Notes: a model not told the origin generated them from the sequence alone. A stretch of DNA of 63,668 bases, filler included, from Hyphochytrium catenoides (GCA_900088475.1; 21 parts of 21 records of this genome joined end to end with filler, not necessarily neighbours in it), one strand, 5' to 3'. Counted from the whole stretch's first letter, positions 23,640 through 36,138 are shown. A program made the numbers and translations.

Positions 23640-25559
23640 GGCTAGTGGTGGGCGACGACAATATTATATAGATCCACCGCGACGACGGACCGCCCGCGGC
23701 ACAAAGAAGCTCTTCTACTTAGTTAGGCAGCCTTCAGGACCAACAAGTAGCAGGGCTATGGATCGTTGCTATCCCGACGAGGAGGTAGGTAGGAGGGAGG
23801 TGCCTTATTGTCTTCCACCAGCGCATCATGCAGTTAGTCCTCCTCCTCCTCAAGCCTGCTTCCCACTACCTCCTGCTGCTTTTCTTGTTGATAATATTAA
23901 AATGTATTTCTTGACTTGTTGGCTGGTCACGGTCGTCAGGAGACATTGGATGCCCCTCGGATGTCATACACTCGCTACCGGCGCCACAGAACAAGATCCT
24001 TGTCCGCCGCTCGTTATTAACAAGCATATAACAACGGAGATGTAGAATGGAGGCAGCTCAACATCAAGAAGAAGAACGAACTTCTTTATTCGTTCAGAGA
24101 TGATGCAGGATGATGTTGCTTAGCCTTAGATTAAATTAGGGCAAGGGTTCTGATTCATGAGATTTGGGTGCAAATAATGGCGTTCCCTCTCCCGTCGTGC
24201 GCATAGTTCTATATTATTAGGGGTACTGCCTATGAAGCTGAATATGTGTACGCACAAAGAGTTGGATGTTCGTTGTTGTTTTCGTCTGACGCTATCCTAA
24301 TCTCAGTGCTTATTACTACAATGCGCACATGTTACGTTCATATGTGCGCGCGCAGGTACATCTAACTAGTATTAGTATAATGGCACACCTTTGCGCATAG
24401 TGCGAGCGCTCTTGTTGTTCCTGCTGCTGTTGCAACCTCTACTACCACTACCACTTAGCAGCTGGTGAATGAAAGGATAGTTCTTCAAACGCATTCTTGC
24501 ACATCTTGGATTGCTAGACAGAGAAGAGCACTACTCATCCTTCTCCTCCTCCTGAGGTAATAAGGGGACGGATTTTTGCAGTGCGCCACCACTCCTCCCA
24601 GTTGATGATGATGATCGATGATGATGTCCTGCAACAACAATCATCATCTCCGAAGAGAAAGATTCTTCTATTATCATCCACCTCTTCTTCTTCTGCTGCT
24701 CTCTACTTCTGCTTGTTTGCAGAGAAAATAAAGCCAGCCGTCGTTGCCTCCTCTCAGGGTCGGACACTTTCGTCCTAATATAATCATTGTTGCGCGCAGG
24801 CGGCGGCATGGTAACGTGGTGCGTGGTGATAGTCCTTAATAATAAGCAGCAACAAGGTGGAGGTTATGAGAAAATTTTCTAAGCTAAGAAATAGTTCAGA
24901 GTTCCGTCATATTGACTAGCGAGAACAACGCCGCTCTGCGAAAACTCTCCGCAGCAGGAGAATCAAATAATGGTTCTTTGGCTGCTTTTGGGTGGTGGTG
25001 GTGGCCAACTTCCGGCTGCTGTTGCTGCTGAGGGTGGTACCGACGAGCTTCTATGCCCTTTTTTTTTTTTGGTGCTGCGGTATTCGTTCGTTCCCTGGCC
25101 TTTATTTTTTTTGGTGCNNNNNNNNNNNNNNNNNNNNNNNNNNNNNNNNNNNNNNNNNNNNTTAATTAATTAANNNNNNNNNNNNNNNNNNNNNNNNNNN
25201 NNNNNNNNNNNNNNNNNTGCTCCTCCATCGCCGCCAGCTCCTCGTCCCGGTGGTCCAAACATTTGCACAGTTCTGACACAGAAATGAGTTAGACCGAAGA
25301 GCAGGTTATCCCGGGTGTATGGTTGGATGGGCGGAAGTGATGATGGAAGGGAGATAAGACGAGTAAAGCGCCAAGGGAGGAGGTGACCACCAGAGTAGAA
25401 ACAACGCACGGGACCAGGCAAGGCACAAAGAGAAGAAAGTCATCCATAGGGACTTGCAATGTGCGTGCGTCTCTCTCTTTCTCTTTCTCTCTCTCTCTTT
25501 CCTTTCTTCCATTCGGCTCTCTCTCTGCCTTGTCTGTCAATTCACTCTCATTTGCCTAC

Positions 25560-27240
25560 TTTTAAGATACTTGGCGAGCCTCTTTTTATCCTGTCTGGCG
25601 TCCCGGAGTTCGGACTTCAAGGCTGCCCAGGATGAAGGTTCCTTGGGGTCTCGTAGCACAAGCTGGTACTGAGTCCAGTCAGGCTCTGGTTTGCCGGCCC
25701 TGAGAGTCTCTTTCAGCTCTTCATTCTCCGCTTCCAGAGAACAGAGTTCGCCCTCCAGAGCGCGGATTTTCTCGTCTTTCCCTAGGAGAAGAGGTTCAGT
25801 TTCAGCGCGAAGTAAGAGAGATAGGGTGGTTCTGCCGCCAATCCTTGGTAAAGAGTTGGGAGTTGTAGGACGAGAGGATGGAAGGCCATAGAAGTGGATG
25901 TAAGGCATAGTTCAAGGTGGGGGGAGGAGAGGCGGGGGTGAAGGAGGTAGGGAGAGAGAGAGAAAGAGAACCTTCCATGGCTTCCTCCAGTCTCATCTTT
26001 TCCATCTGACGTTGTGTCAGCTGCTTTCCCAGGGCAGTAACTCGAAACTTCTGCTCTTTAAGGTCCCGTTCTTTGGATTCGAAGGCGCGGGACATATCAG
26101 CCCACTGTCTCACTCCAGAGTGGAACTCTATCATATATAAAGGGTAAGAAGCGACGTGAGGGCTCCAGCAATGGAATCGCCGCCAGCAGGTCAATGGAAG
26201 GAGGAGCTGATGATGAGGATAGATAGCCCTTATCTGAAGGGGAAGGGAGCGTATTGGTAGAGAAAGAGGAGGGAGAGAAAGACCAGAAAACCAGGGGAGG
26301 AATCAGAGAAAGTGATGCTGCATGTACGCTCGTGGATAAAATCCTGATCAGGAAAGGCTTTGAGAGCATTCTTCCATACAAGCTTGCTTTCTGGCGATAG
26401 CTGCGATATACAAGGAACAGAATGAACGTACGGGGAGCGAGAGTGTTTCATTACGAGAGACTGAGGGAGAGACAGAGTGAGAGCAAGAGAGGGAGGGAGA
26501 GCAAGAGAAGGAGAAACGGAGAGATCTAGACCAAGAGCGTGGGAGAGAGACAGAAAGAGAATAACGAGACAGACAAGGGCAGAAGAGGAGATGGCAAATG
26601 TGTGGGCAAAGGAGATGAGGGCAAACATTCAAGAGAAACAATCTTTGAGAGACAGGACAGAGCAGGCTGATAACCCAAAGTCTCTCCCCCATCCCATTTC
26701 CCTTTCGGCCTCCTCATTTCCCCTTCCCTGCTCACAGGACTGACATCAATCAGAATCAGCGCTTTTTTCAGCAGCATCCATATGTCCTCATAAGACTGCA
26801 CAGAGGCCCGAGCTGCCTTGAACTCTGCAGTCGCGGATGGAAGGTCGCCAAGCTGTGGAGGATCGAGAGCAAGAGCCAGTGGAAGAATCGTCATCGCCAG
26901 CTCCACCTAAGAGAAAGGATTGGACGCACCACGAAGACACAGCAGTAATTCTAGCCAGGAATGGACAAAGGAAAGAGATGAAGAGAAACTGTTAAGAATG
27001 GACGCGCTTCCAGGAAACGAGTGACACTATCGTATAAGGAATTGGGGAGGCTAACGCTGCCAGAGCAAGAGCTTACGCCCAGGAGCAGCCAGAACATGAA
27101 GAGGAGCAGAATAAACACTAGCAGCGTCGCACTGACCTCAGCTTTGCAGATCGCCCGAACTACATGCGAAACTTCACCAGCCCATCGTGGGTAAGCGAAT
27201 GACACAGCTGCGAATCTCACTCTCAGCACCTCAGTATGGC
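25560..27240 (-). CDS. Multi-exon gene fragment of unknown function with a coiled-coil region
   Basis: Non-repetitive coding-like blocks (e.g. KDEKIRALEGELCSLEAENEELKETLR, RAFESKERDLKEQKFRVTALGKQL) separated by CT-rich introns on the sense strand. Confidence 0.5.
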
Positions 27241-28756
27241 TAGGGACTTCTTCCTCCTCATAATNNNNNNNNNNNNNNNNNNNNNNNNNNNNNNNNNNNN
27301 NNNNNNNNTTAATTAATTAANNNNNNNNNNNNNNNNNNNNNNNNNNNNNNNNNNNNNNNNNNNNGCCGAAGGCTGGATTACGCACTAGGAACGTCGGGCG
27401 AGCCCTAGGCGGCGAAGCCTAAAGCTATTGATTGATAAAATCAAACATGGTGTACGCTCCGAGCGATTTAACTCGGGCAATATAGTGAGCCATTCTGTTC
27501 TGTGACCACGGATGACCATCACAGTTCCATTTGAATCTAGGAGGCCGTCCGCGTAAGGATCGTGGGACGCTTTTCCAACAGGCCTATGTTAGGCTTATGC
27601 TGTACTAAGAAGGGCTGTACTGACCGCCCAAGACTATGGGGTTTCACTGTATATGAGGTAGTCCATACATATGTACCGTGGATGGTGAACAGGGTTAATG
27701 TTAGGCTTAGTTTGGCGCCCACTTATGCCACTTCCTCTCTAAGATAATGTTCTGCACCTATGTGGGCGCCGAACTAAGCCTGTCTTTTGTTTTGAGTCAC
27801 ATGTCCCAGGTGAATAAGTGTGGCCTAACGCTCTGACCTATATAGGTAGCTGGGTTAATGCTGCTGCTCTCTTGGATTGCTGCTCACCTATTACCCAGGT
27901 TCCAGCTGGCCCACCACTCCAGTATCTTTCTGTGATTTGTGGGTTTGGCCGATGGTCTATTTGAGGTCATAGCGTTTTTCTAAAACGAACGAGACGAGAT
28001 CATCTGCATCAGTGCTGGTTCGCCTCTGGCTGCTGGCAAGAGGCAGAGCAACCGGCGGAGGACGAGCTGCAGGAGGCGCGGGAGCCATTGCCAAAATTAC
28101 ATATTAGATAATGAGAAGATGGGATTAAGAAAGGCAGCAGCAACAATAGTATCAAGACGAAGAATGATCAGCATCATGGTGGAACGAGAAAGTTGAGCTC
28201 AAGCAAAGAGGCAGTCCGCAAGAGAAAGCAAAGAGAGGCTGCGAGCGAATAGGCAAAAGAACAAGACCATCTCTAATAGCTTAGGGAGGAACGGAAGGAT
28301 AATGACTCAAGGGAGATTGACGGTAGCTCAAGAGAAAAAACAATGGTGGTGGTGGTGGCAGCGCTGCCGCACACCCCTTGTTCTTCTGCTCTCCTCCGCT
28401 CTCCACTTCTATACCTACTGGCGACATAGAGAAGGTATCTGCTGGGGCTGCAGAGGCTCAGGCTACAGCTGCCTATGATGCCTCCAACACCAAAGAGAAG
28501 ACTACAACGAAAAACCTCAGGGTGCAGCCTCTGATGTCCACCTTCTTCAAAGCCGTAGTAGTAGGGGCAGCGATCCCTGCTTCTTCATGTCATGGTATGG
28601 ATAGGACCCACAGAATCATTGGTAGTGAGCACTGCGACCACCGCCAGGTCTTATAGTGAGCGTTACGTTCTTCAAGAACGTTGCTACCTTTCATATATTT
28701 ATAGACATACTGACTATGACCTTGCTTAACAGGAGGCAATAGGCTTAAAGAACGTT

Positions 28757-30335
28757 ATGTGTCTACTCCAGAAGAACGATTACACTCCGACGGTGACGCA
28801 ACTCAGGAACAAGACAACAACGTCGGGAAGAACGAAGTTCAGCCAGAAGAAGACGTTTCATTTACGTTTGTTCATGGGTCCTTGTCCTCTGAAGCAAACT
28901 TATCTCCTCCGCCCGCTCCTCCTAACAGCGGCACCATCTCGGAAGGTGAAGCTCATAGCAGGAGATGGTTACTGTCAGGCTCGAGCGCTTGCAGCAGGTT
29001 TCTCATCGAATGGGACAGGGTATCTTTCATGGGTGGCACTACGGTGTCTAACCAGTGAATTTATGCTAAGAAGTATGGCGTGGTTTCGCCCAACCTGCGG
29101 GCCAAAGTACGTCAATAGCACTACCGTCCGCCCCACAGCACCCGACACTCATGAGGCCCAGGAGGTATATAAGACCTATGCGAGACGCTACAGCCACACT
29201 TTCCCAAGCGTTGTTGGACGAGAAGGATGGGGAACAGATGACACCATTAGGCCTTTCTGCATTCTCTTTCCTCACAGGCCAGTGGTTTTGCTGCAAATGG
29301 ATGATGACAAGGATCAAGTGATAAATGCAATCACCGTCTACAAGCAAAAGACTATTGTTGACAACAGCCAGTTCTCTCTCATAGGAGAGCCACCTCCGCG
29401 AACAACAGAGGAGCGCCCAGTGCGCGGTCCAACTGCCTCCAAACTAGCTTTTCTTAGACACTTCCCTACTGCCACTATTGTCCTTCTCTGGAGGGGGCAA
29501 CCACTATGATGTGCTTCTAAGCCAAGAGGATCTCGCCAGGGAGTGTGCGGCACCTTCCTCTCTACTACCCAGGCTTGGCAGGGACAAGGTGTGCTTCCGG
29601 CATATCCCTAAAGAGCTGCTCTTTGGACTAGTTAAGCGAGTTCGGCACCTTTGTCCAGCAAACGGTCGTTGTCTCTTCGTCGCGTTTCTTAGAGGTATGC
29701 AGTGGTCCAGTGACCACCACCAGTTAGACGCCTGTCTATCTTACAACGATCTTCTCCTAGACCTGAAAGCCTATGCTGAAAGTAACCAGAACGCGCTTTT
29801 GAGGTTCTTTAGGGACAAAATTGTTGACGCTACCATGCTAGAGTTGGGTTTGACAAAGGAAGAGACCTTCATGACCAGGATATCGGTCATCTTTGACGAA
29901 ATGGAAAGTTTCTACCATACGCCTATTGGTGACCTCATGCCGAATATTCTTGCTGCATGTTATGGAGTATGCTTGAAAATCTACAACCGTATGCCGGGTC
30001 AACCCCTTCCACACATTGTCGACATCGTTGGTTCAGCATTGTCTAGCTACGGTTGCCAGGCTCAAAGCAGCAAGACAAGGATTGGTGATGCCTTTCGTGG
30101 GTCAGTCCTTCCAGCGATCGTTGTGCTGCTAAGGGCTAAAGATCATTACGATTCAACGATATCAATTGGCCATCTTAATGACACTGAAAGAGCTGGCCCT
30201 TCGCTGGGCACTTGCCTACTGTGTCAAGAAGACGTTAGGTTTGGGGACAGCACTGCAACGCCAAATACAATGAAGGGAGGAGGAGGTAGGTGCTGGATCT
30301 CGTCATGCCCAACAATCCTGCCCCCATCTATCTGA
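28757..30335 (+). CDS. Tandem OTU-like cysteine protease (deubiquitinase) domains inside the TIR element; single frameshift in a G run near 29495
   Basis: Domain 1: IAGDGYCQARALA ... EGWGTD ... NHYDVL. Domain 2: CPANGRCLFVAF ... IGDLMPNILA ... DHYDST. Confidence 0.75.
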
Positions 30336-31046
30336 CAACTCTTTCTCCTCCCTGGAGCAGGCAAGCAGAAGAAGCAATCCTTCAACGCATCTTTCCTCCT
30401 TCAGCCATCAATGTCCCATGAGGAGCAGGCACAAAAGAACTCTCCTCTTGACAACACTACAAAGACAAAGAAGAGGCCTGTAGCCACGAAGGATATAAAA
30501 GAAGAGATTCAATCAGGGGCTGCTACCAAGGAAGATTCCAAGTACCCTCCGCAGAAGGTGCAACGAAGGGCGAGTGGGGATCATGGGAATGATGGAGACA
30601 CAAGGGCTAAGAAACGGCAACCAAGTTTCTCTGTTTTCCGCCAGAAAGCAACGCCGATATACCCTTCTCCGGAGACTTCTTGGAGGAATAGGTACACATC
30701 ATCATTTGACGGTGGGCAAATATCTTTAATAGAAAGAGAGAGAGAAACAGCAGGAGAGAGAGATGCAGAGAGCGGGAGGAAGAGAGAGAAAAAGAGAGAG
30801 AGAGAGAGAAGGATATAGGGGGAGAGAGAGTGAGAGAGAGAGAAGAAGATAGACAGAGAGAGAAAATGGAGACGAGGGTAGGGGAAGAGAAAGAGGGAGA
30901 GAGGAGACGGGAGGAGGGAGGGAGAGAGAGGTTGAGAGAGGAGAGAGAAGAGTTAGGAGAAGGATGGGAGATTGAACTTTCGTAAATCGACATCATCACG
31001 ACCTTTTCGTTATTATGTCTTCTAATCTTCTCTTCTCCATTACCAG

Positions 31047-31500
31047 AGAAGAAATAGCAGAGGAAGAGGGAATGGGCGTCTATGTGAAGCCCTACCGGAA
31101 GTTTTCAAGATTTACGTCGCAGCAGCTGAACTTCTTGGAAAAGATGTCAACCTCCACCTCACGGACCCGAAGCAGAATGTGATGTCTCCAGAAGAGACTC
31201 ACAGAAGGATGCTACTCCGATTCAATGAGAGCAAGGGCCCATTTGCGAGAAAGTTCGTTCTTACGGTGATCCAGATTAGGGCGGAGTTTAGCTACCTGGC
31301 TAGCACCAGAAAGGCGAAGAAGGTGAATCTGACCATCCCAGACGAATCTCTAGAAGAGGGCGGAGAAGATCTGCAAAACCAATGAAGAAAATAAAGTGTA
31401 AAAGGAGACGGTTAAATTTTTGACTAGATGATTGGAAGATAGAGAGATCATCCTTGCTACAAGCATAAGAAGCAAAGTGAGTGCTGACTTACGAAGGACA
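31047..31500 (+). pseudogene. Homeodomain-like (three-helix) DNA-binding segment at the 3' end of the TIR element's gene; frameshifted
   Basis: RKFSRFTSQQLNFLEKM ... MSPEETHRRM ... LTVIQIRAEFSYLASTRK. Preceded by a GA-rich intron-like tract ending CCAG at 31046. Confidence 0.45.
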
Positions 31501-32185
31501 ACTTTATTAATGCGAACGGACAGGAATGGAAGAATAGTCATGAGCAGGCCTATATGTAGGAGGAGATAGACATATAGGTGATGAACGATGAACGACCAAT
31601 TTAGATAGTACTTTTATGATTTCGTTTTGCATCTACATTACTTATCTTCATGGGACTATCTACTGATAATAGTACTTGTAATAGATGTAGAGAAGGATGA
31701 TAATAGAAAGGAGGAGAATCAAACAAGACCAATCAAAGAAGGAAGAATCCTCTTCCGTAGCCTCGTCATCATCAACGTCATCATCATGATAAGAAGAGAG
31801 CGAAGAAGGAAAGAATCATCCTCCACCTGACTTGAGTGTTATTTATAATCAAGGAGAGAAGGAGAAGAAGGAAGCCTAATCTCAGGCTTCATTACTATGG
31901 TTTTCATTCTACATTGGTAAAGTGCTGCAGCTTCCCATGGTTCTACTTGTACGAGTACTGTACCCTGCAGCTGGAGGTGGATGTCCCACTCCCCAAAGTG
32001 GGACAATCGGACGAAATTTTGTATTTTTCGTTGAAACTTACGCGGACAGCCTCCTAGAGCTTACAGAGTTCTCTAGATCCGGGGGAGTGTTGAACTGTGA
32101 TCAACGCTGAAACCAAAAAGTGTACAGCGGACGACGCAGAGGGACAATCCCTGGTATATAAACAAAAAACGGAGATTAGTCAAGA

Positions 32186-32266
32186 GTACGTTTGGTGTAT
32201 GATGCATCCTGGTTAGGGTGTCGGCATCAAAGACAGAAATCCTCGGTTCAAATCCCGGAGCGTACA
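32186..32266 (+). tRNA. tRNA-like sequence, probably a degenerate tRNA-Pro(AGG) with an intron or insertion (pseudogene or TE-borne)
   Basis: 7-bp acceptor stem GTACGTT/AGCGTAC; B-box GGTTCAAATCCCGGA; TTAGGG anticodon loop; TTTT shortly downstream. D and anticodon stems are imperfect. Confidence 0.5.
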
Positions 32267-32786
32267 AGACTTTTCTCCGGTATATCCAGAGACCCCCCAA
32301 TATTAATTCAAAGTGCTCATCATCCAATGATAAAATCAAACACATGTAAGCGATACGCTTTTGAATGGTCTGCATACCCGACGAAGATATGGTACTTAGT
32401 GTTAGATTATAAGGGATGATTGGACAATGTCATTAGATGGAAGTGCTCTACGTATAAGCCCAACTGGCGTCCCATAATCTAGAGCTATTCTGACTATGGC
32501 AACTATTCCTACTAAACCCTAAGATTTGGAGTAATAGATATTCTTAGATGTTGACTTGTGGGGTACTTGGGAAATTGGAAAGTGAGATTAGAATGAAGTG
32601 GGGGCCGGACCAGAGGAGGCGGCCTTACTGGCGTCCGAGGACTTGGATGCCTCACAGCCACTCATTTAGATGGTGGTCTATCGCCATACATAATACTAGC
32701 AGCTAACTGTGCTAACTTGTAATGGCGATATCTCAGCAACTAGAAAGAGTTAGAAGCTGAGATTTGGAGAGTATAATGACCGTCAT

Positions 32787-34345
32787 CTAAAAACGAGGCC
32801 AAGGAAGACCCTTGGTCAAAACATCAGCCGTCATATCACACGATATGGTGAATGTCAGCTTGATACTCCCAGACGTTACCTTTTCTCGGACGACGCAGTG
32901 CTTGACATCGATGTGCTTGGACTTGGGCCGAGCCATCTCGCAAACCGTGATCGTGCTCTTGTTATCCTGATAGATCTCTATTGGTCCCTTCTGAGGACAT
33001 CCTAGCTCCCCCAGAAGGCACAAAATATGATTCACGTGCTTGGTGGCCGCCCAAAGAGAGATGCATTCCGCCTTGGTCGAAGAAGAAGCTGTGAGTTGCT
33101 GCTTCAGCAACTTCCACACGAAGGCGCCTTCAGCCAACGTGAAGTAGTACCCTGAATTGGACTTCCTATCCGAGGGGTCATTGGGCCCAGTCAGCATCCG
33201 CAAACGCTTTCAGGCATGGCATACTCTTTCCCCCAAGAGTCAAACCTAGGTACTGTGCCCTTCAGTCGCTTTACAGCCTTCCAGTGCACGATTCTTGGCG
33301 TTGACGTGTGCTGGCTTACGGACTGTACCACATAATCAATGTCGGGCGGGTAATGACCATAAGGTACATAAGACACCCTACGGCCTCCCGGTATGGTATC
33401 TGGCTCAGAAGCTCTCGAGTCTCTGGGGCAACTGGAATGTCTCGTCCCTTCGGCAGGTATGACTTCGGGGTCACTGGTAGCGGACTTGGATGGCAGTCAG
33501 CCATGTTGAACCTCTCTAGAATACTACTGATGTACTTTGGCTGCGACAGTGTTATGGTCCTTGCTGTCCTGTCACGATGTACCTTGATCCCGAGGAAACA
33601 GTTGAGTTCCCCGAGATCCGTGACCTCGAACCTATCCGAGAGGATCTTTCTTCATGCCACTAACAAGAGCTGTCGACTCTTCTATCAAAAGTAAGTCGTC
33701 GACAACCAGAGTGATGGTCTCTGGCAGCTTGGAGCCAGTCCCAGTGCGGTGTCGATATACATACGAGGTTCACATATGGTAGGGTGGAATCCGTGCTTCT
33801 TCAGATACCCGTCAATCACCTTGTTCCACTGCCGTGGACTCTGCTTCAGTCCGTATATGCTTCTCTTCAGCTTGCAGACATGATCTTGAGAATCAGCACG
33901 AGCAAATCCAGGAGGCTGCTTCATATACACAGTTTCTTCCAGCTCGCCGTGCAAGAAAGCAGTCTTGATGTCCTTATGATGAATCTCCCTGTCAAACGAT
34001 GCCGCCAATGACAGGATGCACCGAATGGATTCATATCCGATTGTCGGAGCAAACACTTCTTGATAATTGACTCCCTCCTTCTGCCGAAAACCTTGTGCCA
34101 CTAACCTTGCCTTGTATCTCTCTACAGTCCCATCAGCGTTGGTCTTGACCTTAAAAACTCAGCGGCATCCCACAATGTTTGCTCCACGAGGGCGGCGAAC
34201 CAGTTCCCATCCCCCGTGCTGCTCCATGGAATGTAGCTCGCTGGAGATTGCCTCCTGCCACTCCACTGTCTGGGGAGAGGCCAACGTGGCTTTTAAAGTT
34301 GTTGGAGTCTGAGGGCACAGCTATGTGGACTACAAGCTGGCAAGC
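32787..34345 (-). mobile_element. Ty1/Copia pol fragment (RT plus RNase H), degenerate
   Basis: YKARLVAQGFRQKEG, DIKTAFLHGEL, LKRSIYGLKQSPRQW, PYREAVGCLMYL, YQDNKS, SKHIDVK, ADVLTKGL; several frameshifts. Confidence 0.95.
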
Positions 34346-34499
34346 NNNNNNNNNNNNNNNNNNNNNNNNNNNNNNNNNNNNNNNNNNNNTTAATTAATTA
34401 ANNNNNNNNNNNNNNNNNNNNNNNNNNNNNNNNNNNNNNNNNNNNTCATATTCATTTAATAGATTTTCCCCTTAGACCACAGTCCCATTCCTTACAATA

Positions 34500-35190
34500 G
34501 CAATCTTCAAGCAGTGTCCAAAGAATTACGAGACCGCCCGCAAGATTCGCTTCTTACTTGAGCATGGCATGGCCCCTGGTAGACTACTAGACAGTCTAGC
34601 ATGCTTTCTCTGCGTGGAAACGGTGGACGATTTAGACTTTCTGTACTCTCTCCACCCTCAGAATCTTACTCCGGACGATTCTCTTTGGTCAATGACATTG
34701 GCCCAGCCATCAGTGAGGCGCCAACTTTTAGATTGGTTCGAAACAAAGAGTCGTTGCCCTAAGACGGCTCTTAGTAAGATTCCCTCAAACTTTCTCCAGT
34801 ATAAGCTCAAAGATGCTGATGGTCTGGAAGTTGCAAAATGGCTGTATGGACATAACTCTATCTGGAGGAGCATGTCAAAATCCGAAGGCTTATCGCCGTC
34901 ACTGGAGATTGGATATCCTCCAGTGGGTCTATGCTACCAATGGTTGCAGTGGGCTGGTGCTCTCTAAAGTTGTTCGCGATTCAGTAGCACTTGGAAATAC
35001 TGAGGTCCTCAATTGGCTACCACCTCAAATTATTAAACACGGAATAGAGCTGGATTGGACTTGTAGAGGTAAATGTACCTGCAGAAGGCCATGGAAGAAC
35101 TATTTCGTCAAAAAATGCCACTGCCGTTGCCTCCGAGGTGCAATCGGACAGGCTTTAATCTTCGGACAAAATAGTCAGAACTTGTAGAAA
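34500..35190 (+). pseudogene. Divergent ankyrin-like repeat protein fragment, frameshifted
   Basis: Repeated motifs GLEVAKWLY, LDILQWVY, GNTEVLNWL and a GHxxTI-like motif spread across frames. Confidence 0.5.
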
Positions 35191-36034
35191 CTTTGTAGTT
35201 ACACAGAACATTAGTTCTTGTTCGTGTTCTACTGTGAGGAGACACAATGTTGTTCTGCTGCACTGGTACATGTAACGCAGTTGTTGTATACTGGGCCTGT
35301 GCGGCTTGATCAGTTTGAGGCCCCTCACTTTCTGCCTACAAACTGATCAACGTGCCGCTAACAGCCAGTTTTGGGGATCAGTTTGGCTCATTCTCAGGGG
35401 TGGGCAATTAGGGGCACTCTCTCAGCATTGGCCATAGGTTAAATTATCACCTCCATAACTTTCTGNNNNNNNNNNNNNNNNNNNNNNNNNNNNNNNNNNN
35501 NNNNNNNNNTTAATTAATTAANNNNNNNNNNNNNNNNNNNNNNNNNNNNNNNNNNNNNNNNNNNNTCTGCTCTGTCTGTCTATCGCCTTATCTCTCTATT
35601 CTTCTCTCACCGTTCTTTTCTCTGTGGTCTCTCCTCTTTCTCCTCTCCTCCTTCTCTGTCTATGAACCAACATTCTCAGTCTCTTGATTGACACTCTCTT
35701 TTCCTCCTCCCATTGGCTTCGTCTCTATCTCTTTCTCGTCTCTTCGGTCCATTTCCAGCGCTTTTCTCTGGCAAACACCTGGAAGCCAATAAACTTCTTT
35801 CTCGTTCAGAAAGCGTTTCTCTCTCTCTCTCGTCCGCCTGTCTATCTCTGTCCAGTCGAGCTTCGCTTTCCCTCTTGGAGAGGATCAAGAAAGATTACAA
35901 TCTGCCGCCAAATCCTCAGAGCTCCACGATTCCTTGTTCTCTCTCTCTCTCTCCTTTTCTCTTCACGTGTCTCTCTCTCTTTCTATTGCAAGAAGAAACG
36001 AGGAAGACATAACGCTGTAGAACCAGTTTTGAAG

Positions 36035-36098
36035 ATGCCCGTCCTATCGAAGAGGTAAGCGCCGCGGAGGACGGAGCTTGGGGTCAGGAATAGTGAGT

Positions 36099-36138
<40 letters not shown>

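Larger units (their letters stand above)
27541..32053 (+). mobile_element. 4,513-bp TIR DNA transposon (GAG...CTC termini, 4-bp TSD CTAG; Sola-like terminal signature) carrying OTU-like cargo
   Basis: Left TIR GAGGCCGTCCGCGTAAG (27541-27557) and right TIR CTTACGCGGACAGCCTC (32037-32053) match 16/17 as inverted repeats. CTAG flanks both ends (27537-27540, 32054-32057). Confidence 0.85.

Noticed and set aside
32186-32266. Functional UCA (opal suppressor or Sec) tRNA reading of the CATCAAA loop
   Set aside because: The flanking bases do not pair as an anticodon stem in that register; a decayed Pro(AGG)-like origin fits better.
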